DNA of 63,996 bases, filler included, from Polymyxa betae A26-41 (lineage: Eukaryota; Protista; Endomyxa: Phytomyxea): the NCBI GenBank assembly GCA_003693705.1. It is 5 parts of 5 records of this genome, joined end to end, with 100 filler letters (N's around TTAATTAATTAA, not from the genome) between each part and the next. Parts side by side here need not be neighbours in the genome. Positions count along the whole stretch, not along the records: positions 1 to 24,281 come from RBZT01000856.1; positions 24,382 to 37,224 come from RBZT01000762.1; 3 more parts are not named here. One strand, given 5' to 3'. Within the stretch, counting starts at the first letter, position 1. Each line of letters opens with the position of its first letter. The position numbers were made by a program, and so were the translations under genes. Shown here piece by piece: positions 11,290-24,639 of this stretch. A model generated the notes under the pieces. It had not been told where the DNA came from and did no database searches. It worked only from the letters and a program-made list of their open reading frames with translations.

Positions 11290-12563
11290 GTCACTCCACG
11301 TTTTATCAGCTATTCGTTTCCGCCAGTACTTAACTGCCGAATCACCCCTTGATCTAGAATCACAGCGCTCAGCACTGAGCCCTATTGGATCGAAACATTC
11401 CGATCTTTGCTCTTCATCATATAGCTGCACGAAAGTATCATCTCAGCTCTCACTTCGAATGAAGTTATGCAGGACGCACAGGACTATCACCAATTTCACT
11501 TAGCATTCGTAAGGATAAGATGGACGCGCTGTTAATATTGGAAAACGCTTCTTCATCACCCAAAAGATCCCCTCAATGACGTTGCGGAGCTGGGCGTGGC
11601 GAAGAATGAACAGCTCTTCAGCGCTCTTTGGCCTAAAATTAAAGAAAAATGGTCAGGCAGCTTTTGGTAACAATAGATCAGAGGATGGCATACTTATCGT
11701 TTGCTTGTCCCCATTCTTTCAAATGATATCGTACTCCACGAAATGGGGTCAGGCAATCTTTCGCTAATCCATATCCTGCATCCCCCAAGTAATATTTACC
11801 AGCAGGGATAATAAACGATTTTTGATCGTGCATCTTGGAGAACAGTACCGTCTGCAGCCGAGCCTTCCCACCCAGGAAGCACATATAGGAAATACACCCT
11901 AACCCTATACAGCTAAGACATTCTGACTGTAAAACCCTTTGCGGTTTCGAAAAGGGACAGTGTTTCCTTGAGGAGGAGTCTCTGGGATATGTGTCCCGTC
12001 CAAAGCCCCAATACAGTCCTTGAAATATGGAAAGAAATTTTTGTTGCTCGTAATATCCCTGGGAGCGGTGCTCCCCTGGAGAGCGATGTAATCGGCAGCC
12101 ATTGTCACCAAAGAATTCACAACAGAATTGAAATGTCTGCTCAATTTATGATTTATTACTACCGGAATGTATTCCAAACGTTCCTGCTAATGGTTTCACC
12201 AGAATGCTGAAATCGCTCTTGGGAGCTTTGTTGGATGCATTTTGACCGACGATCTACAGGAAAATAGCCAATTGTTCTTCGGTAGATCAGGCATCCTTTC
12301 GCAACAATGGCATTTTTCAAATTAAGGAAAGTAAGACGATTCATTCGGAAGAACTCCAAGAAGCGCCGTTCGTTAGTAGTACGCGACAGCAATTCCTGTA
12401 TATAGAGGTTGCCGGTCATCATGGACGTTCGGCATGGCTCCTTGCAAAGGTATTGTGCCGCATACCATCCTGTTGCTAGGACAAGAAAGTCAGCAACATC
12501 GTCGTCATCGTCATCGATCCCGCAAGCGTCAAGGCCCCGGGAGAAGGCAGAATCGCCGCCCAA
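11290..12563 (-). pseudogene. Harbinger (DDE_Tnp_4/HARBI1-like) transposase, degenerate
   Basis: ERFQHSGETISR, FKDCIGALDGTHIP, RNRKGFYSQNVLAV, YYLGDAGY...LTPFRGVRYHLKEW, ELFILRHAQLRNVIEGIFWVMKKRFPIL; convergent with the Myb ORF. Confidence 0.9.
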
Positions 12564-12689
12564 ATATTTAGGTCCGAGCTAAAAATCGTATTTTGCAAAA
12601 TTCAAGGGTATTTTGTAAAAATCGCGATTTTGCAAAAAGGGGTTCCAAATTTTGTTTTGCAAAATTGCGAGTATCCAAACGAGTACTTA

Positions 12690-15600
12690 TCAAATATGAG
12701 CCTTTTTAAAAATTCATGCATCCTGGACTGAAACTGAATGGCAAAATTCAATGCTCCTTGTATAGATCTCCTAGGAGTAAGGATAGTTCTATCTGTCATG
12801 AAAGAAAACATCTCTTGACATTCTTCTGCAAGAGGCATAAGCCAGAAGCCTTTAAAAGCATCTAGCTTGAACCAAAATTTTTGAATTGTTCAAATGTGTC
12901 ACTATAGACTCTCGATAGGGCATTGTCCGAACAGTACTGTCAGGCATGGCATTTACTGCTCGTAAATCTACGCACATCCTTTGACCACGACCTTGCTTTT
13001 TAACCACGAATTCTGGTGAAGCCCATTTCGAATTATAATTCTCATAAATGAAATCTTTCTTTACTAGATCATCAGTAAGGTTGTTTCGGAGCTCACTCTT
13101 CTCCAAACTGTACTTTCTGGGATGGTATTTATACGGCTTAACATCTGGCGTTAGCGTAGTAATAAATGGAGTCACCTTTGCAGGTACATCTGGTCCCATC
13201 CTAATTCTAAACACATTTACGTACTTATTCAATAATGTACTTAGTTTACTGATCCATTGCTGAGGTAATCCCACACTGGTTGCTCGAGCACTTGCTCGCC
13301 CAATACAACCTCTGATTTCTTCCGGTTCAAGATCATTTAGAGTGTACTGTTTCTAACCTTGAGGCCTGGCTTTCTGAAAATTCGAAGCTGTCAAATCTTC
13401 AAGAGCTTGATAAAATCAATGCCTAGGGATTCCAAAATGTCACTACACTACCTAGTATCATTTCTTTACCTGGAATATCCCAAACTAAAAATTTGCAAAG
13501 TTTCATTGGCAAATAGACAGAATGTGTCAAAATTTTAATATCCAACTTCAGAGTTTCATGAACCTCTATGGTACTCTGGTTGTCTCCAAATTTGATTAAA
13601 ATTGGCTTTTCTAGATGCTTGTATTCTAATGAGCCAGATTCAGCCTGAACAACTTTGTTGGCCAAATGGCGTGGAATCAAAGAAAAATCATGAGCACCAT
13701 TATCCAAAATCGCTTGAACCGTAACTATGGATCCAATTTGGACTAAAACTGTCAGTGTGGAATCTAAGTTCAGCGAGCATACCAATAAGTAGTCAGAAGC
13801 TTTTTTTGCTTTTTATAACGCTTAGGCTTCGGGCACAAAAACAGCGGATGCCCTTTCTCTTGACAGTTAAAGCAGGTCAAGTCCTTGCCCTTCTCGGGAC
13901 CAATTTCTCTGGACCGCTTTTACTGGATGATTGAGCGTCCTTCTTATTCCCGTTGCCATTCTTGCTGGCGCTGGACTTCTGGTCCTTGCCAAGGGGTTTC
14001 TCCGCACTTCGACGCCCCTGGGACTTCCCCTTGCGTTCCTCAAAGCGCTTGTTCACATGTTCTTCACATAATTTGACACGATCGTGCATGACCGCATTCT
14101 TACGCAGATCATGTTGAATTTGGGCTGACTCTTGCCAATGAAGGGATCGGCCTGTATTTCTGTACGGACCATGTCTTGAAAACCATACGGCCGAACAGCT
14201 TTCAGCAAATAAGTAATTAGCATCTTGCGTCCGTCGTCGTCTTCTCGCGACCGTTGCAGGCGATGACGCTGTCAGATGTCCTCAAACTCCTGCATGAATT
14301 TCTCCACACCGTTCAACGGTACTCCAAGAGTTGGCACCATTTTCAGATTGGCCATTGCAGTTTGAATCAAATACACATGATCCGCCTCTTGCCGCAATTC
14401 CGTGTGAATCCATCTCTGAATCACAGCCTCAGTGAGTAAAGAAACCTCATACTCCTCCCAGGGAAATCCATATATTATAAGTTATGTAAATCAGCTTTTT
14501 TCTGGAGCGATCAAGGACCTCCAAGTCACATACTTGCCCAACTGTGAGCGGCGTTCCCGAAAGTCCTTAGCTTCTTCATACCATACTCATAATCCTGTTC
14601 TAGAGTTGCCAGCATAGCGAGAGGGAGCATCAGCCTGAACCACAGCTGCGGGCATGGTTTCAAAACTCCTACCTGGGCGCCTGTTGTTGCTAAACTCCGC
14701 AACAATAGCATCATCGGAGTCTCTTGATTGCCGATGGGGTCCATCTTCTGCTCTTCCTCACTATCATCTTGGCGAACATTCTCATCGCTCGGAACATGAA
14801 GAACAGGTTCGGGAGATGGTACTGGCACAATGTACATATTCTCCACACGGATCGCGACATCTGAGAGTGAGCTCTCATCCACAGACTGCTTCTCGTTGAT
14901 TGCTCCAGCCCTTGCTTGATGATACAGCTGTAACAGCAACTCCACCGGGGCGGTTATTCTCGCAGTTTTTATAATTTAACGGCCAGAAAATAACCGGCGC
15001 ACTATCCACCGGGCGGTGGCGCAGCCTCTGGCGGTTTATAATATTTTAACAGCCGGGCTTTTGCGCCTTCATATATAACCGCCAGGATAACCGGGAGCTA
15101 AATGGCCGCGCGAGGGTCGCGCCCACTGTCGAAGGCTGCGCAGGCCACATCTGGGTCATTTTATGCAAATAATTTGATAAATTCGTTTCATCATCACCAG
15201 CTATATTGACGGAGCGTTTTCTCATCACAGCGTGGAATTTCACCGATATAATTTTCCTAATATTTGTCCATCAATACATAATCCCGTTTGTCGTCAATCT
15301 TCTTTCTGGGTGTGGAACCACTCCAAAAAGAGGGCATTCTCTAAGCTGCAACAAGAGCGTTGAAAGCAGCTCCATTTCATCGCCAGAGGATCAATCAGAT
15401 AGCTACATTGCAAGAAAGAATGCATACAATTCAAATTTAACAGCCCAAATAACCGGCAGCCCGGTGATACACAGACAGTTAAATTTCAACTACGCAGTAC
15501 GCAGATTCTTGTTTTACACGCCCAAATAACTTCCCAAATAACCGCCACCGGTGGAGTTGCTCTAAAGAACTCTTTATAGCGCTACTTGTGATCTCCAAGT

Positions 15601-15780
15601 TAACATTGCAATGATGAATGTAGAATGAATATATTAGATAGATTACAAGCCCTTATATATAACCAGTGTCGGAGGATAGCTCGGACCTCGGAGAGTTTCC
15701 GGTTCATCGGAGCTTATTCAATATTGTGAGCTTTCCGATTCATCGGAGCTTAGTCGAATAGTGCGCTTAATATTGACACA
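12690..15780 (-). mobile_element. Degenerate Gypsy element 2 (5' LTR 15587-15780, gag, protease, RT N-half)
   Basis: LDNGA protease, WASP...RMCVDLRAVN, MFSFMTDR...RRSIQGALN; LTR similar to the one at 20439-20626 and ending TGACACA. Confidence 0.85.
14934..15562. mobile_element. Tourist-like (Harbinger) MITE in the 5' leader of Gypsy element 2
   Basis: TIRs CAGCAACTCCACCGGGGCGGTTATT / AATAACCGCCACCGGTGGAGTTGCTC; TAA TSD at 14931-14933 and 15563-15565. Confidence 0.9.
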
Positions 15781-16590
15781 ACCGATAGCTGCGTCACATA
15801 ATGCAATTCCATCTCCAACAGTTACTGAGGTCTTTGTTGGTGCTGGTCGAAAGCTCTCGAGATAGTCCGAACTTCCTATCATATGGGTTGATGATCCGGA
15901 ATCGATTATCCATGGCTTCGATTGCAGAGGCTTGTCATAACCAATGAAGGCGGCCATAGTTATTTGTCTTTCTTTGGAGCAGGGGCAGGACAGTCCTTGG
16001 CGAAGTGTCCCTTGTCTTGGCATCGATGACTGATAATTTCATCACTTTTCTTCGCCTTAGTTTCGATCGATTTTTGCGGTTATTTTGATGATTTTTGGAA
16101 TTTGGTACAACAGATGCTCATTCTTGAGAGCTACCGGCTCCTTTGCTGTTTTTGAATTTTCCATCTCGAGCCTTTTAGTTTTTGGCGGCAGCCTCTGATG
16201 CAAGATGATACAGTTGTGTCAAGAATCTGATTTTGCTGACGGATATATATAAGAACTCGCATAGTCATAGTTTTCTGGCAGTCCGGCCCGAATAACGTAT
16301 AATTCATCTTTATCCGTGCAACTATCTTAAATCTCTTTTATCTCGCGTTTCGTTTGCCTTGCCGCATCCATAAATGCTGCCATCGACCAGATACTTGAAA
16401 ATCGCATCTGAAAGAGCTCCTGTCGGCGACGAAACCGCTCGTGGCCGGATTTTGCCATAAAATGCGCCTCTAATGTATCCCACGCTTGCTTGGCTGTATT
16501 CAATCCCATTTTTTTCATTTTCATCTCTGTGTTAATACATTTTGCTAACTGGGGCAAAGTTAGTGCATGTCGATGATTCCAATCGTTAAT
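15781..16590 (-). pseudogene. Copia gag-protease remnant
   Basis: TAKQAWDTLEAHF (gag), zinc-knuckle remnant, WIIDSGSSTHM protease; cut by the Gypsy 2 LTR. Confidence 0.8.
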
Positions 16591-16606
16591 AACACTAGCA
16601 TTTTAT

Positions 16607-18051
16607 TTGTTCGGAACTGGCTTAATGTCGGCTCCGGCAATGATGCCCCAACAAGCATCTTTCGAATGGGAGGATTGGGTCAAGGAGAAGCATGTATTGC
16701 GTTATTTGCAGGCGACGAAAAAAAAGCAAGCCTCTAGTTATTGGCGGAACCCAAATTTGAAGGCCTACTGCGACGCAAATTATGGACAAGATGACGGTTC
16801 GAAATCGCGTACCGGTTACTTAATAGTGTTCAGTGATTTCGATCCCATTACCTGGTCATCACGAAAACAAGATACTGTTGCGCTGTCTACTGTGGTGGCG
16901 GAATAAAAATCGGTAACAGAATGCTTGACGGATTTAATATGGATTCAGAATTTAGTGGACGAGCTCGGTGTAAGGCTTCAGATCAAAGGTTCCTCGTTTA
17001 TTTCAATAAACAGGAAGATGTGCTGTTTTAGGCTTTGGTAACCTTAAGACAGCGGCGGCAGTGATGATCTAGGTGACGGTAACGACGGGGGCGGATACAA
17101 CGAGAGCATCAGGGGCTGAGACTTTGATAGTGATTGAGGGGGAGACGATAATTGTAGCGGAGGCGAAGACGACGATAACAATAGAGGCGTGGACGACGAG
17201 CGTGACGGAGGCGGGGAAGACGATAGCAGCTGAGGCGAAGATGATGGTAGTAACTGAGATGAAGACGACGAACGCGGGGGCGGGGAGAACGATGTTATAA
17301 GCAGAGGGGAAGACGACGAACGCGGTGAATGCGAAGACGATGTTATAAGCAGAGGCGGAGACGACGAACGCGGTCGTCGTCGGTGAAGGCGAAGGCGATG
17401 TTATAAGCAGAGGCGGAGACGGTGATGAGGATGGCGACCTTGGCGGCGGCGGGGTCGAGGTCGGGTGCGCCCGAGACTCTCGAGACGACAAGGACAACCG
17501 ATCGAGAGAAAGGAGTTGATCAGAGTGGCCGCGCGGTGCGACGCACTTCTCTAGATCTCCCAGGGCTGTCGTGCCTAGGGGCATGACATTCGGCATGCTA
17601 CAATATTGCCCGACTCCTGTTCCAGTATTTGATGATAATCAAACCTGTATCTCAGGTGTATAAATCCGAAATTATCGCGTCGGACGAAACATATCTACAC
17701 GAAATTTCATTTTTTGCAGTCTGGTGGAAAATAAGGTGATCGAGTTAAAATATCTACCATCTGAATTTCAACTAACAGATTTAATGACGAAACCGCTGTG
17801 ACCCCTCAAGTTCAATAAGTTGCTGAGCGAGTTTTGGCCATCGGGAGGGCTGTTGAAGTGCTCGGAACATTCTAGTGAGTAAGATGGCAGCACCCGGCTC
17901 CTGTGGAAACATGCGTGGAACTTTCTACGGAATTTATAAGTACGACAAACATATCGAATAAATCAGAGTAGCTATACACTCCGAGTGTGAGAATGTGTCG
18001 TTTGAGTTTATCGCATCCATCGTCTAGGACTTCGCACCCACCATCCCAACA
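16607..18051 (+). mobile_element. Copia RT C-terminus/RNase H remnant with 3' LTR (17851-18051), split by an insertion
   Basis: YCDANYG...SRTGY...ITWSSRKQDTVALSTVVAE; resumes at ~17603 with DDNQ...RTKHI...DLMTKPL; PPT GGGAGGGC then TGTTG...CAACA. Confidence 0.85.
16969..17602 (-). mobile_element. Probable solo LTR (~634 bp) with internal ~48-57-bp tandem repeats
   Basis: TGTAAG...GCTACA ends; interrupts the Copia RNase H; three GACGACGAACGCGG...GATGTTATAAGCAGAGG units; no clean TSD. Confidence 0.55.
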
Positions 18052-18299
18052 CCAAGATCTCATCATGGTCTTCCCAATTTGAAATGTGAACTATCGCAAC
18101 TGCTCCGGTTAGAACGACTTCTCCGCCATTCCAGCGTCTATGTCGGGTTAGGCTTCCATCTGTTTAGCCTCTTGAACTCCTAACGTGAACTCCCATGACC
18201 ATAACGACAAATTTCTTCCATTAAGCAAATCGGACGTGAACTTTTGTTGATCGCAGTGCTGGTTGACCCTGACATCGAGTATGCACGTAAACTGGGCCC

Positions 18300-19680
18300 A
18301 GAACCTGTCAGATCTGGACGCTAGGTCAGAGTTTTAGGAAGAAATTTCTCTATGTATTGTTATAGTAAATTAGGTTCATTATTAACATGAGGCACGCGCC
18401 TGATAATGCACGCGTCAGTTACCACGTTGGACGTCACTCAGGAATCGACCGACAGTGTTAACCTTGTCCAAGCTGCCATGGCCAGTTTCAAGATGGAGTT
18501 TACTCCAGGAATGCCGCTGTTTGGAGTTGAGAAGTTCATGGAGTCGATTGAGAACAACCTGCAACAATACCAGCTTTCCAGCATCCGCGAATCGGAGGAG
18601 GGCCGAATCAAGCTGATCCGGATGCTGATATGAGCTGCACGGCCTCGCGAATTACAGGAGATGCTGCGTGCGGAGATCGAGCGCGATGGTATGGTGGGTA
18701 AGAATCTTTGACGATTCCATAATAAGCTGAAATTTTGTGCGATTATGGTTGATCGTGTTTTGACGTGCCAGAATCGGATTTCATTGTCAGGCAAGACTGA
18801 CCAGCGAAAACCGAAGGGGACGAGTGACCAGCGCGTGAAGTCCCAGGTAATCAAAAAGGACTTGAACCCATCATCGAAGAAGCGCCAGCGATCGGAGTCG
18901 ATTAATGCGGAAAAGGGCAAGAATGTGTCCTGCTTCCAGTGACATGAGGTCGGACATCTTCGGCTTCTTTGTCCGCAGTTGAATAAAAAATCCAAGAAAT
19001 TTTCGGATAATACTTTGGTCTGTGCTTTGAACTAAAATACTGATCGAACAATTCTAGTTCAAATTGGATCAGGGATGACAGTTCCAGCAATCTTGGATAG
19101 CGGTGCTAATCAGGTTTCTCTTATTCCTAAGAGGGTGCAGAATGAATTGATCAAGTCTGAACTTGATGACTTGAAATTAGAAGAGCTGGATCAGCCGATT
19201 TGATCAAATTGGGAGACAGTAAAAAGCACCGTAGAGGTTTTTGAGACTGCGACTTTAGATATCAAGATCCTTACTCAGTCTGGACGAATGTTAGTTACGG
19301 ATCGACGATTCTTAGTCTGGGATGTGCCAGGAGATGAAATCATTTAACTAATGACATCTTACAGTCGTTAGATATTGATCCTTATAATGCTATAAATGAC
19401 TTGGCATGTGTAAGGCAGAAACAGGCAGGATCGAAGAATCGTATGGAGCCTGTTCTTAGTAATTCAGAGATTGAGGTTATCCAAAGCAGTATTGATAGGG
19501 CTATAGAAAGAGCAAGTCATTCTGGTTTAGATAAACATTGGATTTCTAAGTTAAAAACATTACGCTATAAGTACACTGATGTATATAGGGTTAAAATGGA
19601 AGCAGGTTTTCTCCATTCAAAACAAGTTGTAAGCCGAATGCTAAACCATATAAATGCAAACCTAGGAAGTACAGTCAACT
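18300..19680 (+). pseudogene. Degenerate Gypsy gag-protease, same family as the element at 20439-24030
   Basis: CFQ..EVGHL..LCP knuckle, LDSGA protease; 19255-19660 is an inverted near-copy of ~23600-24030. Confidence 0.8.
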
Positions 19681-19681
19681 C

Positions 19682-20340
19682 GCTGATGTCTATCCATGCA
19701 AGATATTTCAGTGAGTATAGTAAGGGCCGTAGAAACGTCACCCAGCCAATTCCAAATAAGATCTGGCCATCGGTAATTGAGATTATTTTCCTATCTGAAT
19801 AAAATGCTAACCAAACTTCAAGATTTACTTTGAGTATGAGAAATGTTTTCCCGAACGCTGTATTACCGAGAAGCAGTTGAAGGCTCATATCATAGTCACC
19901 AAAAAGGAATTGAAATCTGGTCACTCTGATGGAGACAGCGGAAAGGTCGCTGTTCAGCCGGGCGAGTTCCTTGATAAAATACAAAAAAAACGATGCCCAC
20001 GCCAGTCGTAACGTATTACAGCTTCGCGAAACTGTCGTTGAGAATTTGAATGCGAAGAAGAGAAAAGAAGCTCCCCAAGATGACGATGGAGCTCAGGAAT
20101 CGAAGAAAGGACCTTGAATAAAGAAGGAGTTCGTCGCAAAGTAGCTAATTGATCGCGAACGCCTTCGCTGTGATCAACATTGCGTTGGTCTTCGTTAATA
20201 AACTCGTCGGCATGGAAGAAATCAGCAATGTTCGCAGCCGCAACACAGACGGAAGAAATAGCAGAAATTTCATCATCTGGAATATCGATCAAGTTTTGAT
20301 CAGAATAGGGATCGCTATCATCCATTCTTGATCAACGATG
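19682..20340. mobile_element. Internally deleted Harbinger-like element: Myb/trihelix-like ORF (+) fused tail-to-tail with a transposase N-terminus (-)
   Basis: Plus strand ...PIPNKIWPS[intron]IYFEYEKCFPER...KQLK; minus strand NVDHSEGVRDQLATLRRTPSLFKVL; both are cut at ~20110. Confidence 0.5.
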
Positions 20341-20438
20341 ATAATCCAGAGTTCAAGTCAAAACTGCATTCCAGGACTACGCAAACTAAAGCTATTGGCC
20401 GACATTCCTATTATTCCGAGACTTTACGTTGATGCGCA

Positions 20439-23400
20439 TGTAGCAAGTCTACTAAATTGATGTTACAGCTGTAATGATGAATGCAGAATGATTATATTAG
20501 ATGGATTACAAGCCCTTATATATCTCTAAGATCGGAGGTTAGCTCGGAACTCGGACAGTTTCCGATTAACGGAGTTTAGTCAGGTCTGATCGGAGGTTAG
20601 TCATATATTGCGTGTATATTGACACACTCCCCTCCCTAAAAAAACTACGGATATTGTATGAGTATCCGGGAAATCCTAAATTGCGGCATTAAAAAACCAT
20701 CGGGCGAGAGAATGGAAAAAGCCATGCAACTCACTTCAGAGTCCACTTCTTAAGCTCTTCAAGAACCATATCTGCTAATGCATGATTTGATAACTTCAAA
20801 TCTTTATGATAGCGTTGTACCAAACTAGGAACATCCGTCCAAAGATTCTCTAACGGTTCCCAGCTAGTGTCTGTTTGAGTGAAACCTTTCCAATCAACCA
20901 AAAATTCAATCCGCTGAGTATCAGAATTGAAACGGCAATCTCGAAATCGTTCAACCTCATAACTTGCATTGTCATAAGTAAACTGGTCCTTTATCTCTTC
21001 AGTTAGATTTAACTGCTTATCGGCATTATATCTAATTCGGTCCCCATGTACAATCCGTTTTGTACCATTCACAATATTTTCGACTTCGAAAATGTAATTA
21101 TTTAAGGTATCTGTTACATGAAATGGACCCTTCCAGTGTAAATGTAACTTCTTACCAGCTCTTTTCACTGGATCAGGATCTCCAACCAAGACATAATCCC
21201 CAATAGTAAAATTAGGTTCTTTTCTAAAGATTCGAGATTGGATACGTTTTTTCCGACGTAAATCCTCTGAAATAAGTACTATTCCTCTATGCATCTTGGC
21301 TAGTGAATCCTGTACCTTTTCCACTTCCTGTGTTAGCTTCTCTAACGGGACTCTAAAATAATTCAATGAGCCATCCTTAACCTTTCCAAATAATTGGTCT
21401 AAAGGAATATCGTAAAAACTGTCACTGGAGCCTTGCCACCCAATCTAAACTGCGTGCGATGATTCAAGGTATGCTCTATATTCTTATTGAGCCAAGGCCA
21501 ATCATTCTTATTCCAATGTAGCTCAGAAATGAGAGCTCGGATTAGGGCTAGGTAATGCTTATTGATTACCTCAATGGAACCATTACTATAATGACCATAA
21601 GCCACTGTGGGTAAAATCTTTCATGACCTGAGACATAAAATATGATGCCATATCAGTCACTATGATTTCAGGAGTTCAAGATGAAGCTCTCCAATCCATC
21701 AAAGCATCTACTGTGACTATACTATCAGGTATTGCAGCTGGCGTAATTCTAACATAACCTGAGAGATCGTCTCGTAAAATCAGATTCCACTGGTAATTAT
21801 GCGAACCTTTCTTTTCAGCCGGCATCACATAAATCCAATCCATGTGAACTACATGATTTGGATACTGCCCATGAACCGCTTCTCCTAATGGCCTCGGTAT
21901 TCTCATACCACCCCTGGTAGGCAAACAGTGTAAGCAACTATTGCACAAGTTTCTCATGTCAGTATGCATATTCGGCCAATGAAAATATTCAGCCAATTTA
22001 GCGGATGCAACTTGGTAACCAATATGTCCACTATTTTCTCCTGCATGCGCTATGATACACAAACGTATTCTAAGATCCTCGTCTTCCAACGGAATCTTTA
22101 CTTTGCCCGTTTTGCTCACTTTTATATTGTCGTCATTAACGTACGTAGCTGATTTCAAATACTTATTTTGAGATTTTCGAATCTCATCCATTGAAGGCCA
22201 CACAAATTCCTTCTTTTGTAATGGTCTTACTAAATATTCAACTGAAATATTTTTCAAAGTTGCGGACGAAGCAACTCTAAGAGTTTGAACCTTAATAACA
22301 CTAGTTGCTGTTGATGCTCCCCACCGAGTCATCAAATCCGACCACACATTATCTTCACCCTTAATATAGCTTATCTGATAGTTAAACCAACGCTGTAACT
22401 TCTGAACCACTGGCTTAGATACATTAGAAGGGGAAAAGATCTGTGTTAGATTGTTATGATCAACATATAGCTTAATTGGTCTGTCGTTCATTAGCATTCA
22501 AAGCATCAACTACTGCAAATCCTTCCTTCTCAACAATTGACCAATTCAATTGAGCGCCTGAGAATTTATGTCCACAGAATCCCAAAGTTTCATGTCTTTG
22601 TTGCGCCACAGGTTTATCTAAATCCGATAATGGTATCTGCGTAACTACTGCAGAACTATTGCTTTCATTAGCATCAGTGTACACGCACTGAATCATATCT
22701 TTTTTAGGATATGACAATTTCACATGATGAGCAATTGCTGCCTTAAGTTCCTCAAAAGCCAACGCATGCAAAGGACTCCAGCCATATCTTGAAAGCCTAA
22801 CTTGTCTAGCAATCGTCTTAGTTCTACCTGGCTGTCCCTTCATAGGTTCTTCAAAAACTTGCTGTAAAGCATATACCTTAGTATTAAATTCTGGGATACT
22901 CCTACTCATCCATTGAGCTGCCATAAGAAATTGCTCTATGTCTCTTGCTGTTTTCGGCTGAGGTATCTCTATCAAAGCATTAATTCGCGCTGGGTCATGA
23001 GACACTCCGCTAATAGAAAATATTCTACCACAGTACTTGACTTCAGTGGAAAAGAACTCACACTTTTCAATATTGAATTGAATATTAAACTGTGAAGCCA
23101 ACTGTAAAACACTTTCTAAAATGACAAACCACTGCTCTAACGTCGCAGCATGTCCAAGCAAATCATCAATCCAGATAATTAGCTTGTCAAATATCAAATC
23201 CCTGAATACTTCATGCATCCTGGATTGAAATTGAATAGCTGAATTCAAAGCTCCTTGAATAGATCTTCTCGGAGTGAAAACTGCTCTATCTGTCATAAAA
23301 GAGAACATCTCTTGACATTCTTCTGCTAACGGCATAAGCCAAAAACCCTTAAAAGCATCTAACTTAAACCAATATTTAGAATCTCCCAAATGAGTAACAA

Positions 23401-24030
23401 TGGACTGAAGAAAGGGCATTGGCCATACTGTACTCTCAGGCATGGTGTTTACAGCACGTAAATCAACACACATCCTGTGACCACCTCCTTCTTTTTTAAC
23501 CACCAACACAGGTGACGCCCACTCAGAATTGAGATTCTCATAAATCAAACCATTGGCAACTAAGTAATCCGTAAAATTTTTAAGAAATTGACTTTGCTCC
23601 TGACAATACTTCCTAGGTTTGCATTTATATGGTTTAGCATTCGACTTAAGACTTGTTTTAAATGGAGTAACTTTGGCTGGAAAACCTGCTCCCATTTTCA
23701 CCCTAAATACATCAGTGTACTTATAGAGTAATGTTTCTAACTTAGAAATCCAGTGTTTATCTAAACCAGAATGACTTGCTCTTACCATAGCTTTATCAAT
23801 ACTGCTTTGGATAACCTCAGTCTTTGAATTACTAAGTACAGGATCCATACTATTCTTCAATCCTGCCTGTTTCTGCCTTACACATGCCAAGTCATTTATA
23901 GCATTATAAGGATCAATCCCTAACGACTCTAAGATGTCACTACCTAAGATGATTTCATCACCTGGCACATCCCAGGCTAAGAATCGTCGATCCGTAACTA
24001 ACACTCGTCCAACCTGAGTAAGGATCTTGA
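20439..24030 (-). mobile_element. Gypsy chromovirus element 3, 5'-truncated (RT, RNase H, integrase, chromodomain, 3' LTR 20439-20626)
   Basis: 510-aa RT frame with WIDD; GHIG and HMDW integrase; EFLVDWKGF...SWEPL chromodomain; PPT 20627-20636. Confidence 0.9.
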
Positions 24031-24281
24031 TATCTTTTGAAGTCAGAAAATCACGATTTAACAGAAGAGGTTACTAGATATATTAACCAGAAGAGTTGAT
24101 TGTCGGGAGTCAAGCTTTTCCCACTGGGTTTTTAATGCGATATTCTGAAGTCAACTATAGAAGAATGCACCTAAAAACATTGATCTTAGCAAAATCAAAA
24201 TTTTATTAAGTTTTTATTGTGTGTTAGAAGCGGTTTCACTAGAAGGAAGAGAGGAAGCTAATTTTGAAGGAGGGGAATGTA
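24031..24281 (+). mobile_element. 3' end of another Gypsy chromovirus (pol end, 3' UTR, PPT, LTR start) running into a gap
   Basis: LKSENHDLTEEVTRYINQKS*, the conserved 3' UTR motif, and GAAGGAGGGGAA-TGTA. Confidence 0.7.
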
Positions 24282-24381
24282 NNNNNNNNNNNNNNNNNNN
24301 NNNNNNNNNNNNNNNNNNNNNNNNNTTAATTAATTAANNNNNNNNNNNNNNNNNNNNNNNNNNNNNNNNNNNNNNNNNNNN
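24282..24381. other. Scaffold gap with artificial TTAATTAATTAA linker (same at 37225-37324, 54473-54572, 59997-60096; plain N gap at 55135-55263)
   Basis: Exactly 100-bp N blocks with a central six-frame stop linker. Confidence 0.97.
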
Positions 24382-24639
24382 CACGAATTACAGCTCGTTA
24401 TCAACTCTGATTTATTCCAGCTCGAATCCCAGGACCCAAATCCAGCTCGGTCCGTACGGATGCCGTACGGACCTCTCGGGGGTCGAGCCTATTAATATTA
24501 AGGTACGTCGTCATACTTCCATCAGGTTCGCATCTTTGTTATGCATCAGATTTATGCGTCCGTCATCAGGAGCCATTGCGTGCGCAGTTCGTCAAACTGC
24601 GTACGCTGTTTTTTTGGGAATTCAGAATTTTATATTATT

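Larger units (their letters stand above)
9960..12686. mobile_element. PIF/Harbinger element, left end lost, inserted into Gypsy element 2 pol
   Basis: Two convergent ORFs; right end ...CCAAACGAGTAC|TTA (PIF-type CGTTTGG TIR with TTA target) abuts Gypsy RT sequence. Confidence 0.7.

Noticed and set aside
24326-24337. TTAATTAATTAA palindrome inside N runs (four times)
   Set aside because: Artificial scaffolding linker, not biology.
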